From Octopus sinensis (taxonomy: Eukaryota), in contig NC_043001.1 in the NCBI RefSeq assembly GCF_006345805.1, forward strand, positions 24,490,001 through 24,554,000: 64,000 nucleotides of DNA, given 5' to 3'. Shown here piece by piece: positions 1 through 12,896 of the stretch. The notes beneath the pieces are model-generated. The model was not told where the DNA came from. It searched no databases and worked only from the letters and a program-made list of their open reading frames with translations. A program made the position numbers and the translations under genes. Each line of letters begins with the position of its first letter. The stretch's first letter is position 1.

Positions 1-265
1 TGCTGTTTTTAGTAAGGCAAACAACTTTATAGCGGATTAATTAATTTAGAGTTATATTTGAGCTTTTAAAATAACTTACTGCTATAAATAGTAAAGTTCC
101 TATGAAAGTACACACTGATATACTGCTTCAAGACTTGTGTAATCTACAGATGGCTGGTCTTGTAATTTACTGGAAATTCAACACTTCTTAGCATTAGAAT
201 ATAAATATTAGATGTTTGTTGTGGAGCATTTTCTTTGACAAAAGCAATATTTATGAACTACATAA

Positions 266-437
266 GCGTAGGAGTAGCTGTGTGGTAAGTAGCTTGCTTA
301 CCAACCACATGGTTCTCGGTTCACTCCCACTGCATGGCACCTTGGGCAAGTGTCTTCTACTATAGCCTCAGGCCGACCAAAGCGTTGTGAGTGGATTTGG
401 TAGACGGAACTGAAAGAAGACCATTGTATATATGTAT

Positions 438-529
<92 letters not shown>

Positions 530-938
530 GATATATATATATATATATATATATATAGATATATACATATATGAATTAGAAAAAACCCCACCTTTTATCA
601 ATTCAATTTGGAATAATATTCCCTCATATTATTATATATATATAGATATATATATGTAAGTATGTATGTATGTATGTATGTATGTATGTATGTATGTATG
701 TGTGTGTGTATACGTTTGTGTGTCTGTGTTTGTCCCCCCGACATCACTTGACAACTGATGCTGGTGTGTTACGTCCCTGTAACTTAGCAGTTTGGCAAAA
801 GAGACCGATAAAATAAGTACTAGGCTTACAAAGAATAAGTCCTGGGTTCGATTTGCTCAACTAAAAGACGGTGCTCCAGCATGACCACAGTCAAATGACT
901 GAAACAAGTGAAAGAGTAAAAGAGTAAAGAGTAAGAGA
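266..938 (+). mobile_element. Family A tRNA-headed SINE, full length, expanded by an internal (TA)n tract
   Basis: Head GGAGTAGCTGTGTGGTAAG...GGTTCACTCCC (A/B-box-like), body GGCACCTTGGGCAAGTGTCTTCTACTATAGCC, tail (GAGTAAAA)n; same sequence recurs >10 times in the window. Confidence 0.9.
428..570. repeat. (TA)n microsatellite
   Basis: Direct reading; source of the YIYI ORF. Confidence 0.97.
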
Positions 939-1240
939 GTACATACAAATAGTTAACAGCTCCTCATTGTAGTAACTACCTCATAAGTTCAACAACACTG
1001 TGGTAGACTAGTAAATAGAGAGAAACCTATGATGGAAATGTCTGGCATATTTAGATTACTGACATAAGTTATTACTGGCGTTCTTACTGTCAACTGAAGA
1101 GTCTACTTCATCTTCTGATGTCTGATTTACAATTTACATATTTGAGTTATCTTCAAATATATATGTTTATATAGAGGCACTTTCTTCAGCAAAGATTCCA
1201 ACTTATTAACAAGTTTTGCAGGATGTCAAAGAATATATAT

Positions 1241-1275
<35 letters not shown>

Positions 1276-1406
1276 TAAGGTATGTAGAAAAATACAACAT
1301 GGACAAGAACGTATAACTCATAGAAGACGATACAATAAACATGGACAGGACATTCGAACCCCTCAGTCTTCAGTCAAGAACCGGATCATCGTAGTAATTC
1401 CGGCTG

Positions 1407-1437
<31 letters not shown>

Positions 1438-1626
1438 TTGTGTGTGTGTGTGTGAGAGAGAGAGAGAGTGTGTGTATGCATAGGAGTAGCTGTGTGGTAA
1501 GTAGCTTGCTTACCAACCACATGTTTTGCTCAAGAACACAACACGTTGCCCAGTCCAGGAATCAAAATCATAATCTTACTATCATGATGCTGACACTCTC
1601 ACCACTAAGCCACGTGCCTCTATGCT

Positions 1627-1663
<37 letters not shown>

Positions 1664-1840
1664 ATAAATATTAGGGAATAAATTTACAGGGAAAAAATCA
1701 GATTTAGGATTGAATCCAATTTTATAGTAAAATATAATATAATATTAATTAGAGACAAAACCACTATTATGCAAATCAAACAAAGAAAGACTTAATCCAA
1801 TACATAAAAATTTTATATAAATTAAATATAATTAAGATAT

Positions 1841-1886
1841 CCACTACGATCGTTTCTTGTCACTTCTATGGACATTCATCAGGTGG
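1841..1886 (-). ncRNA. Type I hammerhead ribozyme motif (left arm)
   Basis: Reverse complement identical to 3132-3177. Confidence 0.75.
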
Positions 1887-3131
1887 TTTCAAGACCTAAA
1901 ATATAATCAATATTTTTAAGATATAAATTTGAAATGACTAATATATATAAAATATAAAATTATCAATGAAAATATATATAATCAAGAACTAAAATAACCT
2001 CTATAAACGATTGTATATAAGGAAACCTAGTATTTAAATTCTCATATTTAAAGATGAAATAGCTAATTTCAAAAAATTATGTTAATCTTGTTGTTTATGT
2101 AGTGATCTATTTATCGTATTTTTCTTTGTTATTAGTTATTAAATAATTCAGATATACTTTGATAAATAGATAGGTTTCAATTTAAAATGGTTTAGTTTTG
2201 TTTAATAATAGAATAATTTTATATAAGATAATATTCCCATTCATAAATTTGTTTATAGTAATGATAGTATTTTTTAATAATATATTACTAAGTAAGGAAT
2301 ATTCCTATAAGTATGTAGCTGAGTATCTGTGTCTACTGGATTTGTTCCTCCTCTGTGTTAGAGTATTGCAGTGTGAATACGGTTATGTATGAATGATTGA
2401 TTGTATGTGTGTGTGTGAGTATGCATTATTAATGTGTAGAAATATTGTCTTTATGTATTTGTGTATGTATAAATATATACGTGTGTGTGTGTTTGTTTAC
2501 GTATTTATATATGTTTATTACATGCATATAGTATATAGAATATATATGTGTGTGTGTTTGTTTACGCATTTATATATGGTTATTACATATATATATTATA
2601 TAGTATTTAATATTTTACTAAGAATGAAATATTTCTATAAGTTTGTGGTTGAGTATCTGCGGCTACTGGATGTTATATTTCCTCTGTGTTATTATCATGC
2701 TGAGAGAATATGTTTATGAATGAGTGATTGTATGTGTGTGTGTGGGAGTATGAATAAGTAATGTGTAGAAGTATACGGCTACATTATAAATTTATCTTTG
2801 TCTATATGTTTATGTGTATGTATAGATAGATATATATATGTGTGTGTGAGTTTGTGTATGTATTTAGATATCTTTATATACATACATGGATATATATGCA
2901 TGAGCATGTGTGTATATATAATTTTTATTTTTTGTTTTTTGTTTTTTGAAATTAGCTATTTCATCTTTAAATATGAGAATTTAAATACTAGGTTTCATTA
3001 TATACAATCGTTTATAGAGGTTATTTTAGTTCTTGATTATATATATTTTCATTGATAATTTTATATTTTATATATATTAGTCATTTCAAATTTATATCTT
3101 AAAAATATTGATTATATTTTAGGTCTTGAAA

Positions 3132-3177
3132 CCACCTGATGAATGTCCATAGAAGTGACAAGAAACGATCGTAGTGG
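3132..3177 (+). ncRNA. Type I hammerhead ribozyme motif (right arm)
   Basis: CCAC-CTGATGA-A-TGTC..GACA-A-GAAA-C-GATC-GTA-GTGG: core intact, stem I CCAC/GTGG, palindromic helix III ACGATCGT; A/A mismatch at base of stem II. Confidence 0.75.
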
Positions 3178-3277
3178 ATATCTTAATTATATTTAATTTA
3201 TATAAAATTTTTTATGTATTGGATTAAGTCTTTCTTTGTTTGATTTGCATAATAGTGGTTTTGTCTCTAATTAATAT

Positions 3278-3311
<34 letters not shown>

Positions 3312-3879
3312 ATATATCAGGGATAAAAGTGTTATTAAGTTGTAAATTGCAATGAATGTTTGTAAATTTAACTCTAGTCCAATCCTCAAGCTTTCAGCAT
3401 TTGGCAATGTGGCAAACTAAATTGATTTCCTCAACCATTTTCTTTTATATCTAATCAATAACCCGCAATAAATAGTCCGTGTTGTATAGCACTGAAGTAA
3501 AATAGGTGAACTGGCTTTTAAGCTTAAGACTTATTTTATTTAAATAGATTTTTTTAAGTTTTATATTTTATATATTTATTTATTTGTCTAGTAAGTCCAT
3601 CCAAATCTAACCAGAGTTAGAAATAAACTACTTTCCTCTAAATCCTATTCTCATACAAAGATTTACATTCTAATTCATAAAATGCATTTATTTTGTAATT
3701 TAATCAGTCCGACAGAGAATGATCATTCTAGTATTTAAAGAAAAATCTTTCAAGTAAAAGTTTCAATTTTAAAGACTTTCTTTGAATATTTAGAATTATT
3801 GATCTGTCTGCTAATGGACTGGATTATCTATTATTTTCATAAAATCGGTTTGTTCTATTCATGGTTATTATTTGTTCAG

Positions 3880-4025
3880 GAACTACAAGTCAACTTCCTC
3901 CGGAATGTTAGTTTGCCATTTGTTTGATAGGATTCAGTTTCTTGGAATTGTAGTGATGCCATCTTGGAAATCTCCAGCACACATGCGCAGGGTTGGGATC
4001 TTCCGGAAGGTCTTGCCGGAAGTTC
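3880..4025. promoter_or_regulatory. Probable housekeeping (possibly bidirectional) promoter
   Basis: ZNF143/Staf-like ACTACAATTCCAAGAA (3939-3954, -) and GAACTACAAG (3880), YY1-like CAAGATGGC (3958-3966, -), NRF1-like CATGCGCA (3982-3989), ETS CTTCCGGAAG (4000-4009) and CCGGAAGT (4016-4023); locally GC-richer. Confidence 0.6.
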
Positions 4026-4844
4026 CCTCATGCACATGCACAGAAAACTAGCTGCAGTGAAATTCTCTTGTATCTCTCTCTTGGACGCTAGCAGCAGAAC
4101 GATACAGATGTGCCTCCAGCAGCTCTCTTGAGCTGCTACCTCGTGGCACATCCCAACTATGCTTGAACGAGCAGGATTGACTCACTCCGCTAGACTACTG
4201 CCGATAAGCTCCCAGGTTGCTGATTTGCCCAGAGGAAGGAAATGTTTATATTGCGAATCAAAGAATAAATATTTATACTGTTGAAGTTAACGGAAAATCT
4301 TGACTCTTTCTTCAATCAATATTTGATATAAAGGATGCGAGCAGCACCCATCCAGTGTGGGAAGCTCTCGTCCTGTTACAGAAAATATATTATTAAGTCC
4401 TTTTTTTTCTGTGTCCTCAATTGACAGTTATAAATATGATTACTTTAGGGCAGTAGTCATACTAATTATAAATGATTGACTTCTAATGTCACAAGGCCAA
4501 TATCTTAGAAAGAAGTCATATATTTCATATTTCATTAACTTCAGAAGGATGAAAGACAGTCTATCATGGCAGTGTTTAAATCACAATATGACCAGACATA
4601 ACTAAACTCTGTATAACATTTAATCTGACTGTTTACCATTTAATTAATCTGATTCCTTCATATATATGATTATTAAAAGATACGCATAAATATTAAAGAG
4701 TACGCATAATGGATCTTGATAATAGATAGAGTTTATGCAGTAGAATAACATATTTGCAAGATGAGCCAATGAATGAGTCTCTACATAGCAAGTCAGCCTT
4801 CAAGAAATAGCAGCAAAATCTCTCTTAAATCATACTCTACAATC

Positions 4845-5165
4845 ATCATTATCATCGTTTAATGTCCGTTTCCCATGCTAGCATGCGTTGGACGGTTTGA
4901 CCGGGGTCTGGGAAGCCAGGAGGCTGCACCAGGCTCCAGTCTGATCTGCAGTGTTTCTACAGCTCGATGCCCTTCCTAACGCCAACCACTCCGTGAGTGT
5001 AGTGGGTGCTTTTTACATGTCACTGGCACAGGTGCCAGGGGAGGCTGGCAACGGCCACAATTGGTTGGTGCTTTTTACGTGCCACTGGCATGGAAGCCAG
5101 TCAAGGCAGTGCTGGCATCGGCCACATTCGGATGGTGCTTTTTACGTACCACCAGCACAGGTATC
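4845..5165 (-). mobile_element. Family C: RTE-LINE 3'-UTR-type element
   Basis: GGTTGGCGTTAGGAAGGGCATC domain, GCATGGGAAACGGACATTAAAC-(GAT)n tail. Confidence 0.88.
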
Positions 5166-5519
5166 ACAACTACAATTTCCATTTGGGGAAAATAAAGTGG
5201 GAGAAGGGACAACACATTACACAGTATAATCTCATATAAATTCCTTGGAAAGGGCTGCTTGTTCTCAGCTGGAATATTTCTGAGTGTCTGAGGCTAAATA
5301 ACAACAAGAAAATTCACAAAAATAGTGGGAAATGAAAGTTTAGCCATTTAAAATACAAGAATGTCTATATGATTAATAAGTTAGCATTGAAATCACATGG
5401 TTTTGGGTTCAATCTCACTGTGCTACACTTTTGGCAGGCATCTTTTTCTATAAATTTATGTTGACTAATATTATCAAATAAGAGTTTGTTAGATAGAAAC
5501 TGCAGAAGCCCGACATATA

Positions 5520-5672
5520 CATACATGTGTTGGCCTTAGCAAGAGTATCCAGCCATAGAAACCATGCTAAATCAGACTGGAACCTGGTGCCAGCATTCCT
5601 GCTTGGCAGTTCTGGTCAAACAATCCAGTCCATGCTAGTATGAAAAAGGAGAATAAATGACAGTGATGAGGA
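5520..5672 (+). mobile_element. Family C 3' fragment, degraded
   Basis: CATCCAGC..AGAAAC and CATGCTAG..GGA tail similarity. Confidence 0.65.
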
Positions 5673-5704
5673 TATACATACATGTGTGTGTGTATGTGTG
5701 TATA

Positions 5705-5707
<3 letters not shown>

Positions 5708-5799
<92 letters not shown>

Positions 5800-5820
5800 C
5801 ATACATATACATATATATAT
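5708..5820. repeat. (TA)n microsatellite
   Basis: Direct reading. Confidence 0.97.
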
Positions 5821-5974
5821 TAAAAGTTAGAGTACATTACTCATGTATAATGTGGATTCATGCATGCATACGTATATACACACATGCCTGCATGTATATA
5901 TATGCACACTTGTATGTGTTTGTATATACCACATAAAATAGCATTTTGACTTGCCTCCCTCTATGTCAAAAGTT

Positions 5975-6235
5975 GTGGACGCGCGTGGCTTAGTAGTTAG
6001 GGTGTCAGCACCATGATCGTAAGATTGTGGTTTTGATTCCTGGACCGGGTGACGCGTTGTGCTCTTGAGCAAAACACTTCATTTCACATTGCTCCAGTCC
6101 ACTCAACTGGCAAAAATGGGTAATGCTGCGATGGACTGGCGTCCTGTCCAGCTGGGGAACACATACGCCATAGAAACCAGGAAACCAGGCTCATCAGCCT
6201 GGCTAGGCTTTAAAAGGGCGCATTTATTTATTTCT
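5975..6235 (+). mobile_element. tRNA-headed SINE (CORE/V-domain-like) with 13-bp target site duplication
   Basis: TSD TATGTCAAAAGTT at 5962-5974 and 6236-6248; A/B-box-like head; GCGATGGACTGGCGTCCTGTCCAG motif; (TTTA)n tail. Confidence 0.85.
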
Positions 6236-6964
6236 TATGTCAAAAGTTAACTTAGTTATTTAATAGAGATCAAAATAAAAACTGAAATCAATATAATCAA
6301 CTAAAACCTAATAAAGGCAGTGACTTATTATCAATAAAGTCCAACAACTGAAGCCAATAAACTAGTAAAAGAGTTTGTATTCACCATTATTTATTCCACT
6401 GTTGTATAGAAAGGAGATCATTAACATTCCATTCTGGACAACTAGTATAATTGCTCACATTTTGTGTTATCATTTCTTTACTTGTTGGGAATATTACCGA
6501 AGTATTTTCAAGCTGTCTTTGTTTAATTATTTTCTTTTGTAAAAGATTTGTGATCATCATTTCTTCAGATAATAGCAAGTATTAAAATTCTAGTCAAGGA
6601 CCATGAATGTGTGTTTGTGCTGTTACTTCCAGTTTGTATTTTGTTTTAATTTTGCTCTGGTTTTTATTCCTTTCATGTAACAACATTGGGATGAGGTTTC
6701 ACAAAAACTGGATATTTGCATATAAATTGTTATTTAAATGGTTTTATTTAACAGCTCTGTTTTTTCATATTGCTAATCAGACGACTCAGACATATGATTA
6801 CCACTTATTGTCTATGAATAAAAGAAAACAACTTAGTTTATGGTATATAAGGTACATTTTTTCAAAAAGAAGAAAAAGAACAAGACAAAATTCTAGAAAA
6901 TCAATATACGTCTTACAATTTCAAAGCCAGGATTTTTGGTTATTGACAAATGTTGGGTCAGATG

Positions 6965-7368
6965 CTTCATATTTCTTTATTGCCCACAAGTGTCTAAGCA
7001 TAGAGGGGACAAACACAGACAGATTACATCGACCCCAGTGCATAACTGGTACTTAATTTATCGACCCTAAAAGGATGAAAGGCAAAGTCGACCTCGGCAG
7101 AATTTGAACTCAGAACGTAAAGACAGACAAAATACCTCTTTCTTTACTACCCACAAGGGGCTAAACACAGAGGGAACAAACAAGGACAGACAAACAGATT
7201 AAGTTGATTACATCGACTCCAGTGTGTAACTGGTACTTAATTTATCAACCCCAAAAGGATGAAAAGCAAAGTCGACCTCAGCAGAATTTGAACTCAGAAC
7301 ATAAAGACAGATGAAATACCACTAAGCATTTTGCCTGGCGTGCTAACGCTTCTGCCAGCTCGCTGCCA
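6965..7368 (-). mobile_element. Family B (Nin-domain-like) SINE, dimer
   Basis: Two GCCTTTCATCCTTT..GGGGTCGATAAATTAAGTACCAG cores in tandem. Confidence 0.88.
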
Positions 7369-7689
7369 ACAAAATAAACTGCAAACAGCACTCTTATAAA
7401 GCTGTTTCCTAGAATTATTGGTATTGGTGCCCCAGCATGACCACAGCTTTTGAGCTGAAACTGGTTAAAGAGTTAAAGAGTACCAATAAATTATTAGTAC
7501 TTCATATTAAACAACACTAATCAAAAGAAGAATTTAGTGATCCTATATTCTTGTCCTGATCAGTGTTGTTTAATATGAAGTACCAATGATATATATATTG
7601 TGACCTTAAAAATACTAATAATTCTGAGAAGCAGCTTTATAAGAGACGTGTTTACCGTTTGTTCTTGTCATGTAACAAGCACCAAGTAT

Positions 7690-7850
7690 ACTCTGTGGAG
7701 TGGTTGGCATTAGGAAGAACATCCAGCTGTAGAAACCATGCCAGAACAGACAACAGGGCCTGGTGAGAATCTTATAGCTCTGGTCACACCATCCTACCCA
7801 TGTCAGCATGGAAAGCAGGCATTAAATGATGATGGTGATGATGATGATGT
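7690..7850 (+). mobile_element. Family C 3' fragment
   Basis: GGTTGGCATTAGGAAG..CATCCAGCTGTAGAAAC; (GAT)n tail. Confidence 0.8.
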
Positions 7851-8108
7851 ATGACCATACAAATAAACAAAGAAGTATTCATCTGTATACCAAACTGTAT
7901 GTCCTAAGAGATCATTGAGGTAATAAAACGTCATAAAATTTTACGACTATTTACTTAATTGATAGAAACAATCTATTTTTGGTTGAACACAGATAAGACA
8001 GATTTTCTTTATGAAATGGTTAAACAAACACAACGTTATTTCTTTAATTGATAGGTACAAACAATTTATTGTTTGGTTGAACAGTTATTTAAGTTTAACA
8101 TTTTTCAG

Positions 8109-8176
8109 ATTACCTTTACCTCAACATAATGGAGTCACAGGAAAGACATGCCTACACAATTGCTTATAAATTACAA
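8109..8176 (+). CDS. Candidate exon (YLYLNIMESQERHAYTIAYKLQ), unidentified
   Basis: TTTTTCAG acceptor, CAA/GTAATA donor, one open frame; could instead be a decayed pogo-type HTH remnant. Confidence 0.2.
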
Positions 8177-8495
8177 GTAATAACACTGATGAACTTTTGA
8201 ACCGAATGTTTCAGTTTCCAAGTGTTTAAGTAATGTACGACTGATAGTGAGAGCAAAGATTTCCAGAAAGAGAACAAAGGGAAAACTTCTGAAATTCTCT
8301 TCTGAACTTCACAGAAAAAACTGAATCCAGTCAGTTATTCTCATGACTTGAATCTATTGACTAAAATATTTATAATAAGTGGAAATGAATCACTTTGCAA
8401 AGTGCAAAGAGTAGAAAAAAAGAAAGAAAACTGAGTGAATCTAGGATATTTTTCTCCATATAATAATGGGCATGTAGTAAGCTATATAATATATT

Positions 8496-8862
8496 ATAAA
8501 AAGCACCATCCGCTTGTGTCCGTTGCCAGCCTCGCCTGGCCCCCGTGCCGGTAGCATGTAAAAGCACCATCCGTTCGTGTCCATTGCCAGCCTCGCCTGG
8601 CCCCCGTGCCGGTGGCACGTAAAAACACCATCCGTTCGTGGCTGTTTGCCAGCTCTGTCTGGCACCTGTGCAGGTGGCACGTAAAAAGCACCCACTACAC
8701 TCACAGAGTGGTTGGCGTTAGGAAGGGCATCCAGCCGTAGAAACACTGCCAAATCTGACTGGGCCTGATGAAGCCTTCTGGCTTCACAGACCCTAGTTAA
8801 ACCGTCCAACCCATGCTAGCATGGAAAACGGACGCTAAATGATGATGATGATGATGATGATG
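8496..8862 (+). mobile_element. Family C element with three ~60-bp internal tandem units
   Basis: Repeated AAAGCACCATCCG..TTGCCAGCCTCGCCTGGCCCCCGTGCCGGT; (GAT)n tail. Confidence 0.9.
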
Positions 8863-8989
8863 AATAGATAATATAATATTCACTTATAGCCTTAAGATTT
8901 CAGTAACTTTATATATCAAATTTTATTTGTGCATATCTGTAATGGGAATGATTTTGAGAGAAAAATTTCTTACAAAATGTTATATCATA

Positions 8990-9512
8990 ATCATCATCAA
9001 CATTATCATCATTGTATAATGTCTGTTTTCCATACTGGCATTGGTTGGATGGTAAACTGGTAAGCTTTGGAGTTGCACTTGGTTCCAATCTGATTTGGCA
9101 TGGTTTCTACAGCTGGATGCCCTTCCTAATTCTAACCACTCCGAGAGTGTAATGGGTGCATTTTTATGTGCCACCAGCATGGGTGCCAGTTATGAAACAC
9201 TGGCATCAGCCACAACTACAATCTCACTTGGCTTGTCAGGTCTTCTCAAGCATAGTATATTTCCAAGGGTCTTGGTCACTTGTCACTGTCTCTATAAGGC
9301 CCAAAGTTTGAAGGGTGTTTTTTATGTGCCACCAAGATGCCAGTTATGTGACACTAGCATCAGCCTTGACTACAATTCTACTTGGCTTGACAGGTCTTCT
9401 CATGTACAGCATATCACCCAACATTCAAAGGGTGCTTTTTATGTGTCAGTGGCACAAGTGCCAGTTACATGACACCACCATCACCCATGATTACGATTTC
9501 ACTTGGCTTGAC
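8990..9512 (-). mobile_element. RTE LINE 3' end including ORF C-terminus, with tandemly reiterated terminal segments
   Basis: Minus translation LQTLGLIETVTSDQDPWKYTMLEKT*QAK* followed by family C UTR; GTCAAGCCAAGT-like terminus occurs three times. Confidence 0.75.
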
Positions 9513-9534
9513 ATATATATATATATATATATAT

Positions 9535-9745
9535 ATCATCATCATCATCATCATCATCGTCGTCGTCGTCGTTTAACGTCTGCTTTCCATGCTAGCATGG
9601 GTTGGATGGTTTGACTGTGGGCTGGCGAACCAGATCGCTGCACCAAGCTCCAGTCTTGATCTGGCAGGGTTTCTACAGCTGGATGCCCTTCCTAATGCCA
9701 ACCACTCCGAGAGTGTAGTGGGTGCTTTTACATGCCACCGGCACA
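9535..9745 (-). mobile_element. Family C 3' fragment
   Basis: High similarity to other copies. Confidence 0.9.
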
Positions 9746-9880
9746 GATATATATATATATCACTTACATAATACATACATACATACATGTTGAAATTCCA
9801 ATGACGGAGCCTTGGATCTAGGTTAGAATCCAATTCTTTCTCTATTGGCAAGAAATCTTGCAATAAACTGAATAATTACC

Positions 9881-9918
9881 TACATACATACATACACACA
9901 CATACACACACACACACA

Positions 9919-9949
<31 letters not shown>

Positions 9950-9953
9950 TACA

Positions 9954-9985
<32 letters not shown>

Positions 9986-10040
9986 CATACATACATACAT
10001 ACATACATACATACATAATACATACATACATACATACATA
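9881..10040. repeat. (CA)n/(CATA)n compound microsatellite
   Basis: Direct reading. Confidence 0.95.
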
Positions 10041-10427
10041 TCCAGACTATGAATTCATATTCATATCAATAATAATTGGATCACTAGGTTTTGTTAGTAA
10101 ATACTTAAAGGAGAAAGAAGATAATTATGGACAACTGCTTTGGAACCTCCAATTTCTATAATATATCTGGATTACAAATTTACATTTATACCAAAAATAT
10201 TTGGAGCACTTGGTTTTGTAAGTAAATGCCTAACTGTCAGTCTGGATAAGCTTGGATTTTCAGAAAAGGAAAATCAACCAACTGATTAGCACATTACAAA
10301 TACATTCGGTAAGCGGAACAGTAATACTATGCAAGACTTTTCTCAGGTTATCTACATTCCAAAGATGGAGCTTTGTATCTTTGTCAGAAACCAGCTCTTT
10401 CTTCAGAGGAAGAATTTTTTAAAAATT

Positions 10428-10815
10428 CTTTATTGCCCACAAGGGGCTAAACATAGAGGAGACAAACAAGGACAGACAAAGGGATTAAGTTGATTAGATC
10501 GACACCAGTGTGTAACTGGTACTTAATTTATCGACCCTGAAAGGATGAAAGACAAAGTTGACCTCGGAGGAATTTGAACTCCGAATGTAAAGACAAACGA
10601 AATACCTATTTCTTTACTGCCCACACGGGGTTACACACAGAAAGGACAAACAAGGACAGACAAATGGATTAAGGCGATTATATCGACCCCAGTGCATAAC
10701 TGGTACTTATTTAATCGACCCTGAAAGGATGAAAGGCAAAGTCGACCTCAGCAGAATTTGAACTCAGAACGTAGCGGCTGACGAAATACTGCTAAGCATT
10801 TCGCCCAGCATGATA
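10428..10815 (-). mobile_element. Family B SINE, dimer
   Basis: Same two-core architecture and junction as 6965-7368. Confidence 0.88.
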
Positions 10816-11886
10816 AATGCTTCAGAGGAAGAATTTAAATTGTTAAATACAGAAGAGATAGACACACATGTATGAATGTCTGTATGTGTGTATGAATAAA
10901 CAAACATCATTCTTCAACAGCTTTCCATGCTGACATGGAATTGGATGGATTGTCAGTCTGAGACAGTTCTTTTTCAGAGTTACAGCCCCCTTAATTTAGT
11001 CATTTGTATGTTTCATTGTGGCTTGGATTCTACAGTTCAATGTCCTTCTTAACACTGACCATTATACAGTGTGTACTTTATAAATTTTACTATAGCACCG
11101 AAACTAGTGAAATTGTTTTATGTTCCTGGCAAGATTAAGGGTCTGCTCACTGTTATGTTGATATCCTTTATTTGCCAACCATTATATAGGGTGTGCTGCA
11201 AAGGGCATTTTATCATAGCACCTGCACTAATGTCTTGTACTTTGTAAGTTAAAAAGTCCTCTCGATTCTCAGGTATCTATATTTATTCAAGTAATCTGAT
11301 AAAAAAAAAATATTTTAGAAGAACCAAGATGAGTGAGTGGAGGAAGCAAGAGAAGAGTGGAAAAAATAGTGATTGAGGTGAGAGAGTAGTAGAGGCAGGA
11401 GTAATGGAAGAGTGACAGTGATTAGATCAACATGTTTGTTGGTCAGAGAGCGGGAGAGAAATAGAGAGAGCGAGTGATGAATGTAAACAGATGGGTGATA
11501 ATGAGAGACAGAGTCTTAGATGCCAATATTGTGTAGTTTAGGGGACAGGGGGTGATGTCTGGCAGTATAGAACATAAATTGTCGAGGTGAATCTAATGCA
11601 AACAGATATAATGCTATCCCACCTACATAGAACTTGTGATGGGTGAGATAATTCGAGTGATGGAGATGATGAGGAATATTGAGCATTGATGCTTCCAATA
11701 CTGTCTCTTGTTGAACTGATAGTATAAGTGCAGCGAATAGGATTCAATGCCATCACTAACTACACAGGTAGCATGGTATAGTGAAAAGAGGGATGGATGG
11801 AGAGAGAGTGAGTGAGTGAAAGACAGATAAATGATAAAGAGATAAGAGAGTATCACTGAAGTAGGTTGGCTTTGTGTGTGTGTGCA

Positions 11887-11917
<31 letters not shown>

Positions 11918-12896
11918 AAGAGAGAGAGAGTGAGAAGTTTATGGTGGTTGTTGTCACAGGGTATGTTATTGAGAACTGAACTTACTATTTATTGCTCTGA
12001 AAATAAACACAAAATTTGGGCTGTTTTTATACATAATGTGACTTCAGCTTGACTTAATCTTAGTTTCTGAGTGTGTATTATTAGATTTGAAAATAAATTA
12101 CGACTGGATTATATCCTGATACTGCATAAACAGAATTATTCTGAGGAAAATTTACCGTTTCTGATAAATATGTGACTCTCATTTAGTACACCCAAAATAT
12201 ATGCCTCTGAGATAAGTGCTAAATTTGTCACAACTGTCAAAGACATCTTTACATATAATCTTTCCTTGCTAGTATAGATTAGTTTGGTCAGGCAATATTC
12301 ATTACATAATCATTTTTCCAGTTTGCAATTACTCATACTCTCTCTCTTTCTCTCACACACACATGCACACACACACACACGCACACACACAGATACAGTC
12401 ACATATAAAACACATTAGAATATATTAACATGTATCTTCAAATTGTGTATAACATAAGCAAAGTTAATATTTATAAATAATAAAATATTCACAGGAACAT
12501 GTCTGAAACTTTAAATGGCACACAAAACATGACTATCGTATATGCTCTGTGGGTACCCTTTAGTATTTGGATTGGTTCCAAATGCAGCCAAGCAGATGAA
12601 TCTAGTGTACACCTGATTGTAAAGAACAGTTGTAAAAAAAAAGCAAAACAAAGATACAAAAGTACAATGGCATTAATGATGCCAATGATGGTGATAGCAA
12701 CAACTGAAAGATATATCACCATCATGCTAAACATTATCACTATCATTGCTATCATTATTATCCTAATGTATAACACATACAATTGTATATATTTTCTTAA
12801 ATGAGCTATAAAATTTAATAAGTTTTCAACTTCAGCTGGGATGTAATAGCCACTATTTTAGGGTTTCAAATCCTGTTTTCAGCTTTGCTAATTTGA

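Larger units (their letters stand above)
1661..3282. mobile_element. Non-autonomous Penelope-like (PLE)-derived element with 340-bp inverted arms (1737-2076, 2942-3282)
   Basis: Arms near identical by eye (1 substitution, 1 A-tract indel); each carries an HHR motif; spacer holds two diverged direct copies (~2274-2440, ~2607-2770); flanked by (TA)n. Confidence 0.75.

Noticed and set aside
1330-1400. CTGAAGA on minus strand followed by GAATGTC
   Set aside because: No GAAA and no stem I/II pairing; not called as HHR
3876-4151. 91-aa minus-strand ORF over the promoter island
   Set aside because: No recognisable domain or splice donor; better explained by promoter motifs
8182-8212. AACA-CTGATGA..CGAA-TGTT
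   Set aside because: Lacks stem II and cleavage triplet; may be chance
11300-11830. Purine-rich stretch with short ORFs, possible old LINE/PLE; similar cases at 24880-25190, 25620-27100 and 62000-62600
   Set aside because: No diagnostic motif recoverable by eye; left unassigned
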